DNA of 64,000 nucleotides. Source: Actinobacteria bacterium HGW-Actinobacteria-7 (GTDB lineage Bacteria > Actinomycetota > Coriobacteriia > Anaerosomatales > PHET01). The DNA lies in contig PHET01000002.1 of assembly GCA_002841275.1 (NCBI GenBank), positions 19,181 to 83,180 of the forward strand, read 5' to 3'. Positions within the stretch are counted from its first letter, which is position 1. Each line of letters starts with the position of its first letter. Positions 33,263 through 42,211 of this stretch are shown here, piece after piece. Under the pieces are notes generated by a model. The model did not search any database and had not been told where the DNA came from. It saw nothing but the letters and a program-made list of their open reading frames with translations. A program made the translations under genes and the position numbers.

Positions 33263-34624
33263 TCAGCCCAACTCACACTTCATCAGATCGTCGTAGGTCT
33301 CGCGCCGCACGGCCCAGCGCCAGCCACCGTCGACGACGAACACGACACCGGGGCGCACCTGCTTGTTGTAGTTGCTGCTCATGGACTGGCAGTATGCCCC
33401 CGTTGCGCACACACACAGGATGTCTCCGACATCCGGGCACTGCAGAGGCGCATCGTTGACTACGATATCCCCGCTCTCGCAGTGCTTCCCCGCGACCGTG
33501 GCCACCATCTCGCGCGGCCTGTCCGCCTTGTTGGCGATCATCGCCTCGTAGTGCGCATCGTAAAGGGATGTACGGATGTTGTCTGACATGCCGCCATCGA
33601 CCGCCACATAGGTGCGGATGTTGGGAATCTCCTTGATCGAGCCCACGGTATAGAGGGTCACACCCGCATTGGCAACGATAGAGCGTCCCGGCTCGACGGC
33701 CATGCGCGGCACGGTCAGCCCGTGCTTCTCGCACTCCGCCTTGATCCCGTCGACCACCACTTTGCCGTAGTCCTTGATTGTCGAGGGCTCGTCCGGAATG
33801 CCGTAGGCGATGCCCAGTCCGCCGCCCGTATCGAGCATGCCGACCCCGACGCCCGTCTCGGCCTTGATCTCAGCGATGAACTCGACGATGACCTCGATGG
33901 CCTTGGAGAAGCTGTTCAGGGCGAAGATCTGGCTGCCGATGTGCATGTGCAGCCCGTCGAAGTCCAGTCCGGGCAGCTCGATTGCCCGCTTCACGGCAGC
34001 CATCGCGAGTCCCTGATTGCGGCCGAAGCCGAACTTGGAGTCCTCGGCGCCGGTCATGATGAAGTCGTGCGTGTCTGCCTCGACTCCCGGGGTGACGCGC
34101 AGGAGCACTTTCTGGTTGATGCCTCGCTCACTTGCCAGAGCGCTCAGGCGGTCCATCTCCTCGAAACTGTCGACAACGATGCGGCCAACCTTGGCATCGA
34201 GACACTCGGTCAGCTCGACAGGGGTCTTGTTGTTCCCATGGACATAGATGCGATCCATCGGAAAGCCCGCTCGGCGCGCGAACGCCAGCTCTCCACCGCT
34301 GGAAACGTCCAGGCAGCACCCCTCGTCAGCCACGATCTTCAACATGGCAAGCGACATGAATGCCTTGCCCGCGTAAACGACGTCCACGTCTTTCCAGTGA
34401 TAGGTGGTCCACTTCACATACTCCGAAAGCTGGTGGCGGATGGTCGCCTCGTCCATCACGTAGACCGCGGTTCCCGCTTCGGCTGCGAGATCGACCATAT
34501 CCACTCCGCCGATCCACAGGTGGCCATCTTTCACCTGCGCGGTCATGGGCAGCACGGACATGAGGTCGTGACCCGTCTTGAGGTCCGGCGTCGCCGGCGG
34601 TCGCGGTGCGCTGGGTCTACCCAT
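33263..34624 (-). CDS. lysA: Diaminopimelate decarboxylase
   Basis: YAGKA (PLP Lys), HGNNK, SKFG, HIGSQ, EPGR, HCESGD, TGAY. Confidence 0.96.
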   Translation of the reverse strand: MGRPSAPRPPATPDLKTGHDLMSVLPMTAQVKDGHLWIGGVDMVDLAAEAGTAVYVMDEATIRHQLSEYVKWTTYHWKDVDVVYAGKAFMSLAMLKIVADEGCCLDVSSGGELAFARRAGFPMDRIYVHGNNKTPVELTECLDAKVGRIVVDSFEEMDRLSALASERGINQKVLLRVTPGVEADTHDFIMTGAEDSKFGFGRNQGLAMAAVKRAIELPGLDFDGLHMHIGSQIFALNSFSKAIEVIVEFIAEIKAETGVGVGMLDTGGGLGIAYGIPDEPSTIKDYGKVVVDGIKAECEKHGLTVPRMAVEPGRSIVANAGVTLYTVGSIKEIPNIRTYVAVDGGMSDNIRTSLYDAHYEAMIANKADRPREMVATVAGKHCESGDIVVNDAPLQCPDVGDILCVCATGAYCQSMSSNYNKQVRPGVVFVVDGGWRWAVRRETYDDLMKCELG

Positions 34625-34707
34625 GGTGATCCCCTTCGAGAAAGTTCTTAGCTCACACTAAGTCCAACAATTCGTTGATACTAATCTATCTCGTCTCGTG
34701 CGACAAG

Positions 34708-36417
34708 TCACATGCTCTCGGGAGCGCTGACTCCCAGCAGCGCGAGAACACAGCGTAAGGCTCGCCGTGCCGCATCCACCGCGTACAGGCGCGCAGCGGT
34801 CAGTTCCACATCATCGCTGACGACACGACACCGCGTATAGAACTGATGGAAGCCAGTAGCCAGGTCCTCGGCATAGCGCGTCAGTTTGTTGGGGGCCAGA
34901 TCACGCGCAGCAGCCTCGACCACCTCCGTGAACTCGCCTAGGCGGCGCATGAGTGCCAACTCAGCAGGCGCATCAAGGAGCGACAGGTCAGCTGTGGGTC
35001 GGACGACCTCGACAGCGAGCGAATCCGCATCCACAGCCGTGGATGACACCGCCTCCCCTGCCGCCTTGCGCATGATCGAACAGATGCGGGCGTGTGCGTA
35101 CTGCACGTAGAACACCGGGTTATCGGCCGACTGCTGACGTGCAAGTTCGATATCGAAATCCACCTGCTGATCGGTGGAGCGCCTCAGGAACCAGTAGCGC
35201 GCGGCATCAGCACCAACCTCATCAAGCAACTCCTCGAACGTAACCATCTCACCCGTGCGCTTGCTCATGCGCACGGCCTCGCCGTTGCGGAAGAGGTTCA
35301 CGAGCTGGCCGATGACCACATCGAGTTTGCCTTCGTGGCCCAGCGCCGCGCATGCGGCCTTCATCCGGGCCACATAGCCGTGGTGATCGGCGCCCCAGAT
35401 GTTGATGACCCGGTCGAAACCGCGATCGAACTTGTTCTTGTGGTACGCGATATCCGCCGCGAAGTAGGTGTACTCCCCGTCAGCCTTGACCAGGACCCTG
35501 TCCTTGTCGTCGCCGAAGTCGGTCGAACGGAACCACGTGGCACCATCCAGCTCGAAGATGTACCCCGCATCCCGCAGCGCGGCGATGCCGTCCTCGACAG
35601 CACTCGGCCCGCCGCCGGGGGCACTCGCGTGAAGCGTTCTCTCCGAGAACCACACGTCGAAGTCGACTCCCATTCCATGGAGCACGCGCTTCAGATGCTC
35701 GAGAACCTGCACGTACGCCTTCTCGCGGAAGTACTGCTCGCGCTCGTGTGGCGCGGCGTCGAACCAGCAGGTGCTTTCGGCCTCGAATATCTCCCGAGCG
35801 ATCTCCGTGATGTAGGCGCCCTGATACCACTCGTCAGCGAACTCGACTTCAGCGCCGCAGAGCTCCAAATAGCGGGCCGAGACGCTCGCGCCGAAGATGT
35901 CCATCTGGACACCGGCGTCGTTGACGTAGAACTCGCGCTCGACCTTCCACCCAGCGTGCTCAAGCACGCGGGCCATCGCATCGCCAAGCGCGGCCCACCT
36001 GCCGTGACCGACGTGCATGGGGCCGACGGGGTTCGCCGAGACGAACTCGACCTGGACGCGCCTGCCGTGTCCGATGTCGACCCGCCCGAACGCGCGGTCG
36101 GCCTCGGATGCCTCTTTCAGTACGCGCTGCAGTGCCATCGGGGAGAGGCGCAGGTTGATGAATCCGGGCCCCGCTATCTCAACGGCGGCAATGTCGGCAT
36201 CTTCTGAGAGATGCGACGCGATGACCTCGGCGATCTGGCGCGGGTTCATGCCCGCTGACTTCGCGCTTCGCATCGCGACACTCGTGGCCCAGTCGCCATG
36301 AGATGGGTCACGCGGGCGCTCGACCGCGGGGTCGGGAACCTGTTCGAGCGGAAGCTCACCAGCGTCGATTGCAGCAGTGATCGCAGTGGTGACAAGCGCG
36401 GAAATGGCGTCTCTCAC
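34708..36417 (-). CDS. argS: Arginine--tRNA ligase
   Basis: GPGFIN, SANPVGPMHVGHGR (HIGH-like), GADHHGY, MSKRTG, YVQYAHAR. Confidence 0.97.
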   Translation of the reverse strand: MRDAISALVTTAITAAIDAGELPLEQVPDPAVERPRDPSHGDWATSVAMRSAKSAGMNPRQIAEVIASHLSEDADIAAVEIAGPGFINLRLSPMALQRVLKEASEADRAFGRVDIGHGRRVQVEFVSANPVGPMHVGHGRWAALGDAMARVLEHAGWKVEREFYVNDAGVQMDIFGASVSARYLELCGAEVEFADEWYQGAYITEIAREIFEAESTCWFDAAPHEREQYFREKAYVQVLEHLKRVLHGMGVDFDVWFSERTLHASAPGGGPSAVEDGIAALRDAGYIFELDGATWFRSTDFGDDKDRVLVKADGEYTYFAADIAYHKNKFDRGFDRVINIWGADHHGYVARMKAACAALGHEGKLDVVIGQLVNLFRNGEAVRMSKRTGEMVTFEELLDEVGADAARYWFLRRSTDQQVDFDIELARQQSADNPVFYVQYAHARICSIMRKAAGEAVSSTAVDADSLAVEVVRPTADLSLLDAPAELALMRRLGEFTEVVEAAARDLAPNKLTRYAEDLATGFHQFYTRCRVVSDDVELTAARLYAVDAARRALRCVLALLGVSAPESM

Positions 36418-36520
36418 GGCTGTAGAACCTCTCGCCCGGCATGCTGATGTGACCAGCAAGTATAGCGCATGGACATCTCGGCCCACGCCCGTCAGGGCGA
36501 GTCGCGATCACCCGGTGGTG

Positions 36521-36739
36521 CTATGCGGTCACGAGCAGCGTATCCGCGTATTCGCCATCGTTGGGGAACATGTCATGGGGAACACGATCGCGACCGAGGC
36601 TCTCGAAGATCCGGTGTCGCGCACAGGTGAAATGGTCACCCAAGCAGTACCGGTTCTTGAATATGTCGGCCATTGCAGGCATGTTGTCCATCTTGTCGTG
36701 GAAGAACGGGCATCCAGGCAGGCATTCGCATTCGTTCAT
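36521..36739 (-). CDS. Small Cys-rich hypothetical protein (72 aa)
   Basis: AGGAAGGAAG RBS; MNECECLPGCPFF...RYCLGDHFTCAR...VPHDMFPN. Confidence 0.75.
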   Translation of the reverse strand: MNECECLPGCPFFHDKMDNMPAMADIFKNRYCLGDHFTCARHRIFESLGRDRVPHDMFPNDGEYADTLLVTA

Positions 36740-36755
36740 CGAGCTCACTTCCTTC

Positions 36756-37217
36756 CTAGTGACGGACGAGGGCCGCGGAGAAGCGCTTGGGGAGCAGACC
36801 GTAGAGATAGCACCCCAGGCAGAAGTCCGCGAACGCATCCAGTGAGGCGACTCCGATGAAGAGCGCCGCCACAACGTTGAACCAGAACATCGAATGGAAC
36901 GAATACGCCATCATCAGGGCAATGCTCGACATCAACCCCGCCAACAGCGCAGCGAACCGCTTGGGGGCGGAGTCGACACGCCTGCTCTCGAGCTCGAGCA
37001 TCCTGACTACGAACCTTGAGACCATGCAATTAGGGCTACAGGCGAAACCGGCCACGATCTTGACAAGGTAGTCCAGCGCCAGATAGCCGAGAATCCAAGG
37101 TGACTTCGTGACGACCGCCGCAACCAACAAGGCGACAACCAGTGTCGCGTTCACACGTGCCGCAGCCTCGTCGACTTTCTCGCCCCCAATGGGACATTGA
37201 GCCACTCGTTCCACCAT
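36756..37217 (-). CDS. DUF4395-like membrane protein
   Basis: VDEAAARVNA, APKRFA, FCLGCYLY; about four TMs. Confidence 0.8.
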   Translation of the reverse strand: MVERVAQCPIGGEKVDEAAARVNATLVVALLVAAVVTKSPWILGYLALDYLVKIVAGFACSPNCMVSRFVVRMLELESRRVDSAPKRFAALLAGLMSSIALMMAYSFHSMFWFNVVAALFIGVASLDAFADFCLGCYLYGLLPKRFSAALVRH

Positions 37218-37333
37218 CTTGATCACCGCCCGCTGCTTGGTTCGCAACGCCCGCTTTCGCAAGTCCCCAAGTAACCTATCGGCACCTTAAGGTTGAGCAA
37301 TATACCCTGTGGGGTTCCGGTTCTCGAGGGCGG

Positions 37334-37801
37334 TCACTTGTGGTAGGGCTCGCCTCTGGCGATACGGAAGGCGCGATAGACCTGTTCCAGCAGCACGATT
37401 CGCGCGAGATTATGCGGCAGAGTCATCGGCCCGAAAGAGAGTCGCTCGTCGGCCTCTGCCAAAACCGGCGCGCCCAAGCCAAGCGAGCCACCGATGATGA
37501 ACGCGACATGGCTGCGTCCTTCAAGACCGAGTTGGCCCAAACGTGCCGAGAAGCGCTCGCTGGACAGCTGAGATCCGGCAATCTCCAGCGTTATCACATA
37601 GGCGCCCGCTGGGAGGGCCTTCAAGACATCTGCGGTCTCATCGGCGAGAGCTCGTGCTTCGCCGCCGCGCCCCGGGTCGCGGTCGGCCACTTCGACCACA
37701 CGAACGTCGGCGTACGAGCCCATCCGCTTGAGGTACTCGGCGGCGGCGTCACGCCAGTAGGATTCCTTCAGTCTGCCTACTGCGATGAGTGTGATTCGCA
37801 C
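37334..37801 (-). CDS. rlmH: 23S rRNA pseudouridine-1915 N3-methyltransferase
   Basis: AVGRLKE, FIIGGSLG, MTLPHNLAR, EQVYRA...GEPYHK. Confidence 0.96.
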   Translation of the reverse strand: MRITLIAVGRLKESYWRDAAAEYLKRMGSYADVRVVEVADRDPGRGGEARALADETADVLKALPAGAYVITLEIAGSQLSSERFSARLGQLGLEGRSHVAFIIGGSLGLGAPVLAEADERLSFGPMTLPHNLARIVLLEQVYRAFRIARGEPYHK

Positions 37802-37808
37802 GGCTGCC

Positions 37809-39170
37809 TTAAGGGCGATCAGCGTCGGAACCGAGAGTCACCTGAACGGTACGTTGCGTGTCGCCTCGCACCAACTGCACAGGGATGGTATCCCCGATCT
37901 TGTTCTCTCGGATCACGGTGAACACATCATCGACTCCGGTGATCGTCTTGTCTCCGATCTTGATGATGATGTCCCCGCGCTGGATGCCAGCGGCTTCAGA
38001 CGGCGAGTTCGGCTGCACGAAACGAACCAGCGCACCGGACTGAACCGGAAGCCCGAACTGTGTGGCAAGCGCCTCGTCGACGGTCTCGGTGCTGACTCCC
38101 AGGTAGGGATGCACTGCACGACCGTTGTCGATGAGTTGCGTCGCAATATCGAGCGCGAAGTCGACAGGGATCGCAAAGCCGATGCCGGCGGACTGCGGGG
38201 CGCCGACCGAACCTGAAGGCGACTGGATGAGCGTGTTGATTCCAACCAGCTTGCCGCTGGAATCGACGAGCGCACCTCCGGAGTTGCCTGGGTTGATAGC
38301 CGCATCGGTCTGGATGAGGTTCGTGTAGGTCGTGAGGTCGTTTTGGCCAGACACCAGTGACGAACGGTTGAGAGCCGACACGATGCCTACTGTCACCGTC
38401 TTTTCAAGGCCAAAGGGGCTTCCCACGGCCATGACGTACTGCCCTACCTTGAGGTCCTTGGACTCACCGGGCTCGATGGCTGGGTAGTCGCCGTCCGGAA
38501 TCTTGATGACAGCAAGGTCGCTCGACGGATCAGTGGCCACAACGGTCGCGGTGAGATCCTCCACTCCCACGGTCACAACAAGCCGAGAGGCGCCTTCGAC
38601 AACATGGTTGTTCGTGAGGATGTATCCGTTCTTGCGAATGATGACCCCTGAGCCGTTTCCGACATCCTGTGTGACCTGTTGGCCGGAGAAGGGGTCGTAT
38701 CCCGCTTGGCTGATCGTCACGTTCACCACGGACGGAACCACCTTGGCGGCAACAGCCTCGGAGACATCGGCCATGCTGCTGCCGGCTTTGATCGTGACCG
38801 CCTGCGTTGCAGCGACGGGCTTCGGCGCGCTGGCGGTAGACCGGAGCGGCTGCGAGCCGGGCATCAGGCCGAGCGCCCACACGACCGCCACGGACACGAA
38901 CAGCCCTCCGACCACGGCCCCCACCGCAGCAGAGCTGACCACGGCAGCACTGGACCAGCGCTTGCGCACCGCTGGCTCCTCGCAGGGCTCGTCACCCTCG
39001 CCGGTGTAGTCGCAGACTGGAAGCTCTCCGCTTACTTCGGTGTACATGACGGCACCCGAAGCCTCTTGTATCGGATGGGGTTCTGGGTCGGCCATCCAGG
39101 AGATAGCATCGCCTTCTGCACCGTCAGGCTCGGGGGTAACGGGTTTCGTGAACTGCTCGTTGTCGCTCAT
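37809..39170 (-). CDS. HtrA/DegP-family serine protease with PDZ domain
   Basis: TM anchor, GSGV, TNNHV, DLAV, QTDAAINPGNSGG, single PDZ. Confidence 0.95.
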   Translation of the reverse strand: MSDNEQFTKPVTPEPDGAEGDAISWMADPEPHPIQEASGAVMYTEVSGELPVCDYTGEGDEPCEEPAVRKRWSSAAVVSSAAVGAVVGGLFVSVAVVWALGLMPGSQPLRSTASAPKPVAATQAVTIKAGSSMADVSEAVAAKVVPSVVNVTISQAGYDPFSGQQVTQDVGNGSGVIIRKNGYILTNNHVVEGASRLVVTVGVEDLTATVVATDPSSDLAVIKIPDGDYPAIEPGESKDLKVGQYVMAVGSPFGLEKTVTVGIVSALNRSSLVSGQNDLTTYTNLIQTDAAINPGNSGGALVDSSGKLVGINTLIQSPSGSVGAPQSAGIGFAIPVDFALDIATQLIDNGRAVHPYLGVSTETVDEALATQFGLPVQSGALVRFVQPNSPSEAAGIQRGDIIIKIGDKTITGVDDVFTVIRENKIGDTIPVQLVRGDTQRTVQVTLGSDADRP

Positions 39171-39319
39171 ACTCACACCTCTTCGTCACTGAAGTGTCGG
39201 TTCGAATCCGAAGGACGCCTAGCAGCAACGATTGTACCCGCGATGTAGTGCCTCACCTGGAACGGGCAGCGTTTCACAGAAGAAGTACAGAACCTCGTCA
39301 CCCGGAACCCACGGTTCCT

Positions 39320-40738
39320 CTAGGACAGGGAGGCCTGCAACAGGCTGATGAGCGGCTCGGCGATCAGCCCGAGGCCCAGACTGAGTCCGGCGAGCACGAC
39401 GATCACTGTTCCTGCCAGCGCGGGGGCTTGCGGATACTCCGTCGCGTCCACAGGAGCAGGGATGCCGGTCTCCTCAGGAGCGCCCTCGCCCGGCGTGAAC
39501 ATCGCGCGGATGACCGCGAACGCATATCCGCCTGCGACCACGCTCATGAGTACGGCGATGAGAACCGGGATGAAGTAGCCTGCGCGGTATGCGGCCGACA
39601 ACACGCCAAGCTTGCCGTAGAAGCCCACCATCGGCGGGAATCCTATGATGGAGAACAGATAGACCACTGCCGACCAGGCAGCGACCGGCCGACGCTTTAC
39701 CAGCCCGGCGATGTCAGCGAACGTGCCGCCCTCTTGGGCGACCACGAGCATCAGCCCCAGCACGCTCACCGCATACACCGCGACAAGAAAGACGGCAGAC
39801 GCATAGCCTGCTGGCGTCGCAGCGGCCACGCCCAGCATCATATAGCCGGCCATCGATATGCCGGAGTACGCGACCATGCGACGAACGTCGGTCTGGACCA
39901 GGGCGGCGAAGATACCCAGAGGTATCGAGACGACTGCGCAGATCATCACAACGCGCGAGAGCCCGTCAGAGGTCGGCAAGACCTCTGCCAGCAACCGCAC
40001 CATCGCGTACACCGGAGCGATCTTGGAAATCGCGGCCACGAACGCCACCGATGCAGACGGTGCACCCTCGTTGGCGTCGGGAACCCAGTAGTGGAACGGG
40101 GCGGCGGTCATCTTGGAGAGAAAGCCGACCAGCACCAGCACGCTCACCGCGACGCCCAGCCAGGCTGGGCCGGCCACCTGCAGCGGGCTGTACGACGTGT
40201 GCTGGTTCATCCCAAACACGAAGGACAGCCCGTACGCCATGACCAGGCTCGTGAGGACGGACATGAGGAAGTACTTCAGCGCACCCTCAAGACTCCGCTT
40301 GTCCTCGGCCGAGTAGCCCATCAGCACATACGCCGGCATCGTGGCGAGCTCGAGACACAAGAACAGCGTGACCAGATCGGACGCTGAGATGAGGAGCATG
40401 CTGCCCACAGTCGAGAACAGCGTGAGCGCAACCGCCTCGCGGGCACGAACGCCCGCCCAACCACGTGCCGCAACCCAGAGGAGGAACAGCGAGGTCAGCC
40501 CCGCGATGCCCGAGCGAAGCATCAGCGTCGTGGTCCCGTGAGTGAACGTAAGCATCGAGCCGAACAACGCTTCTGGTACCGGCACGAGCCACACCACGAC
40601 CGCCGCCATTGCAGCTGCTGCAGCACCTACCATCGCGGCGACCCTGTCACCGCCAAGCAGGTCGGCGAAGAGCGCGACCAGCGCTGCCACCAGCACGATC
40701 AGCTCTGGGATGAGTACGGCATACTGCTGCATCGTCAT
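39320..40738 (-). CDS. nuoN: Complex I-like subunit N
   Basis: LCLELA, EGALKYF, KMTAAPFHYWVPD, RMVAYS, GFYGK. Confidence 0.92.
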   Translation of the reverse strand: MTMQQYAVLIPELIVLVAALVALFADLLGGDRVAAMVGAAAAAMAAVVVWLVPVPEALFGSMLTFTHGTTTLMLRSGIAGLTSLFLLWVAARGWAGVRAREAVALTLFSTVGSMLLISASDLVTLFLCLELATMPAYVLMGYSAEDKRSLEGALKYFLMSVLTSLVMAYGLSFVFGMNQHTSYSPLQVAGPAWLGVAVSVLVLVGFLSKMTAAPFHYWVPDANEGAPSASVAFVAAISKIAPVYAMVRLLAEVLPTSDGLSRVVMICAVVSIPLGIFAALVQTDVRRMVAYSGISMAGYMMLGVAAATPAGYASAVFLVAVYAVSVLGLMLVVAQEGGTFADIAGLVKRRPVAAWSAVVYLFSIIGFPPMVGFYGKLGVLSAAYRAGYFIPVLIAVLMSVVAGGYAFAVIRAMFTPGEGAPEETGIPAPVDATEYPQAPALAGTVIVVLAGLSLGLGLIAEPLISLLQASLS

Positions 40739-42207
40739 GACCTCACGAGTGTCTGGGTCAGAATCTTTATCGCCGGGTCGATGAAGTCCAGAAGCACATT
40801 CCAGTTCAAGCCGATGATCACGGTGATCGCCATCAGCGGACCCGCAGTTAGCAGGTCGATCGGACGCGCCTCGGGCATGCTCTTCTCGACCGTCTCGGTG
40901 GGCTCACCGTATACCACGCGATAGATGACCCACAGCATGTACGCAGCGCCCAGCAGCATTCCAACACCCGCGACGACCGTATAGAACTTGGGCAGCTCTG
41001 ACTTCCATGCGCCTACGATCACAAGGAACTCCCCTGCGAAGCCCGCTAGCCCGGGAAGCCCAAGGGACGAGATCGCAGCGAACGCGAGCATGCCTCCCAG
41101 AACGGGAGCTTTCTTCCCCACCCCTTGGAGGTCGGGAGCCATTCTTGTATGCGCACGGTCGTAGATCATGCCCACCACCAAGAACAGCAGGCCGGTGATG
41201 ACGCCATGGGCGAAGGCAAGAATCATCGCCCCGTCGAGACCTTCTTGGGTACCGGATGCGATACCCAGCATCGCGAAGCCCATGTGCCCGACTGATGAGT
41301 ACGCAAGCATCTTCTTCAAGTCGGGCTGCCAGAACGCGACGACAGACCCGTACAGGATGGCGGCACATGCCATCGCGCCGACGAACCACGCCCACTGGTG
41401 GGCTGCGTCAGGCAGCATGGGCAGCGAAACCCGAATCAGACCGTAGGTGCCAGTCTTGAGAAGGACGCCGGCCAACGTGACCGAGCCCGCGGTGGGAGCC
41501 TGGATGTGCGCATCAGAGTGGCCCGTGTGGAACGGCCACACCGGCACGCGCACCGCGAAACCGAAGTAGAACAGCCCAAACACCCACATCTGGAAGCCCA
41601 CCGGGAAGTTGCGATTGGCTAGTTCGACCATGTCCCACGTGCCGCCCTGAGGGTGCAGGTAGATTGCCAGGATACCCAGAAGGATGAGCACTGAGCCCAA
41701 GAGCATGTAGAGGAAGAACTTGAGACTGACATAGCTGCGGTCCTCTTTGCCCCACCACGCGATGATGAAATACATGGGGATGAGGACCCACTCCCAGTAC
41801 ACGTAGAACAGAGCGAAGTCGAGCGCCATGAAGACGCCGTTCATCCCCGCCTCAAGCAGCAGCAGCATCACGAACCAGGTCTTGGGCCGGTGGTCCGTGC
41901 TCCACGATCCAAAGACGACGATCAGCGAGAGTAGAGCAGACAGTACGATCATGGTCACCGAGATGCCGTCGACGCCCACGAAGTAGTTGATGCCAAACGA
42001 AGGAATCCACGGGATCTTCTCGATGAACTGCATGCCCGCAGCACCACGATCGAACGAAAGTGCCATCCCGGCGACGATCACCAGATCCACAACCATGAAA
42101 CCGGCAGTGACCCACTTGGCCAGCGACAGGCCTCGGCTGTTAGGGATACACATGACTGCAGCGGCGCCCAAGGCCGGCAGGAAGGCGATGATGCTCAAAA
42201 TGGGCAC
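40735..42207 (-). CDS. nuoM: Complex I-like subunit M
   Basis: GVDGIS, FYVYWE, KFFLY, LLKTGTYG, AYSSVGHMG, GLPGLAGFAGEF. Confidence 0.93.
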   Translation of the reverse strand: MPILSIIAFLPALGAAAVMCIPNSRGLSLAKWVTAGFMVVDLVIVAGMALSFDRGAAGMQFIEKIPWIPSFGINYFVGVDGISVTMIVLSALLSLIVVFGSWSTDHRPKTWFVMLLLLEAGMNGVFMALDFALFYVYWEWVLIPMYFIIAWWGKEDRSYVSLKFFLYMLLGSVLILLGILAIYLHPQGGTWDMVELANRNFPVGFQMWVFGLFYFGFAVRVPVWPFHTGHSDAHIQAPTAGSVTLAGVLLKTGTYGLIRVSLPMLPDAAHQWAWFVGAMACAAILYGSVVAFWQPDLKKMLAYSSVGHMGFAMLGIASGTQEGLDGAMILAFAHGVITGLLFLVVGMIYDRAHTRMAPDLQGVGKKAPVLGGMLAFAAISSLGLPGLAGFAGEFLVIVGAWKSELPKFYTVVAGVGMLLGAAYMLWVIYRVVYGEPTETVEKSMPEARPIDLLTAGPLMAITVIIGLNWNVLLDFIDPAIKILTQTLVRS

Positions 42208-42211
42208 TCGG

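Noticed and set aside
39197-39211. tRNA T-arm-like hairpin tcggTTCGAATccga upstream of htrA
   Set aside because: No acceptor, D or anticodon arms around it, and no integrase or att-like context. Probably a chance or UTR hairpin.
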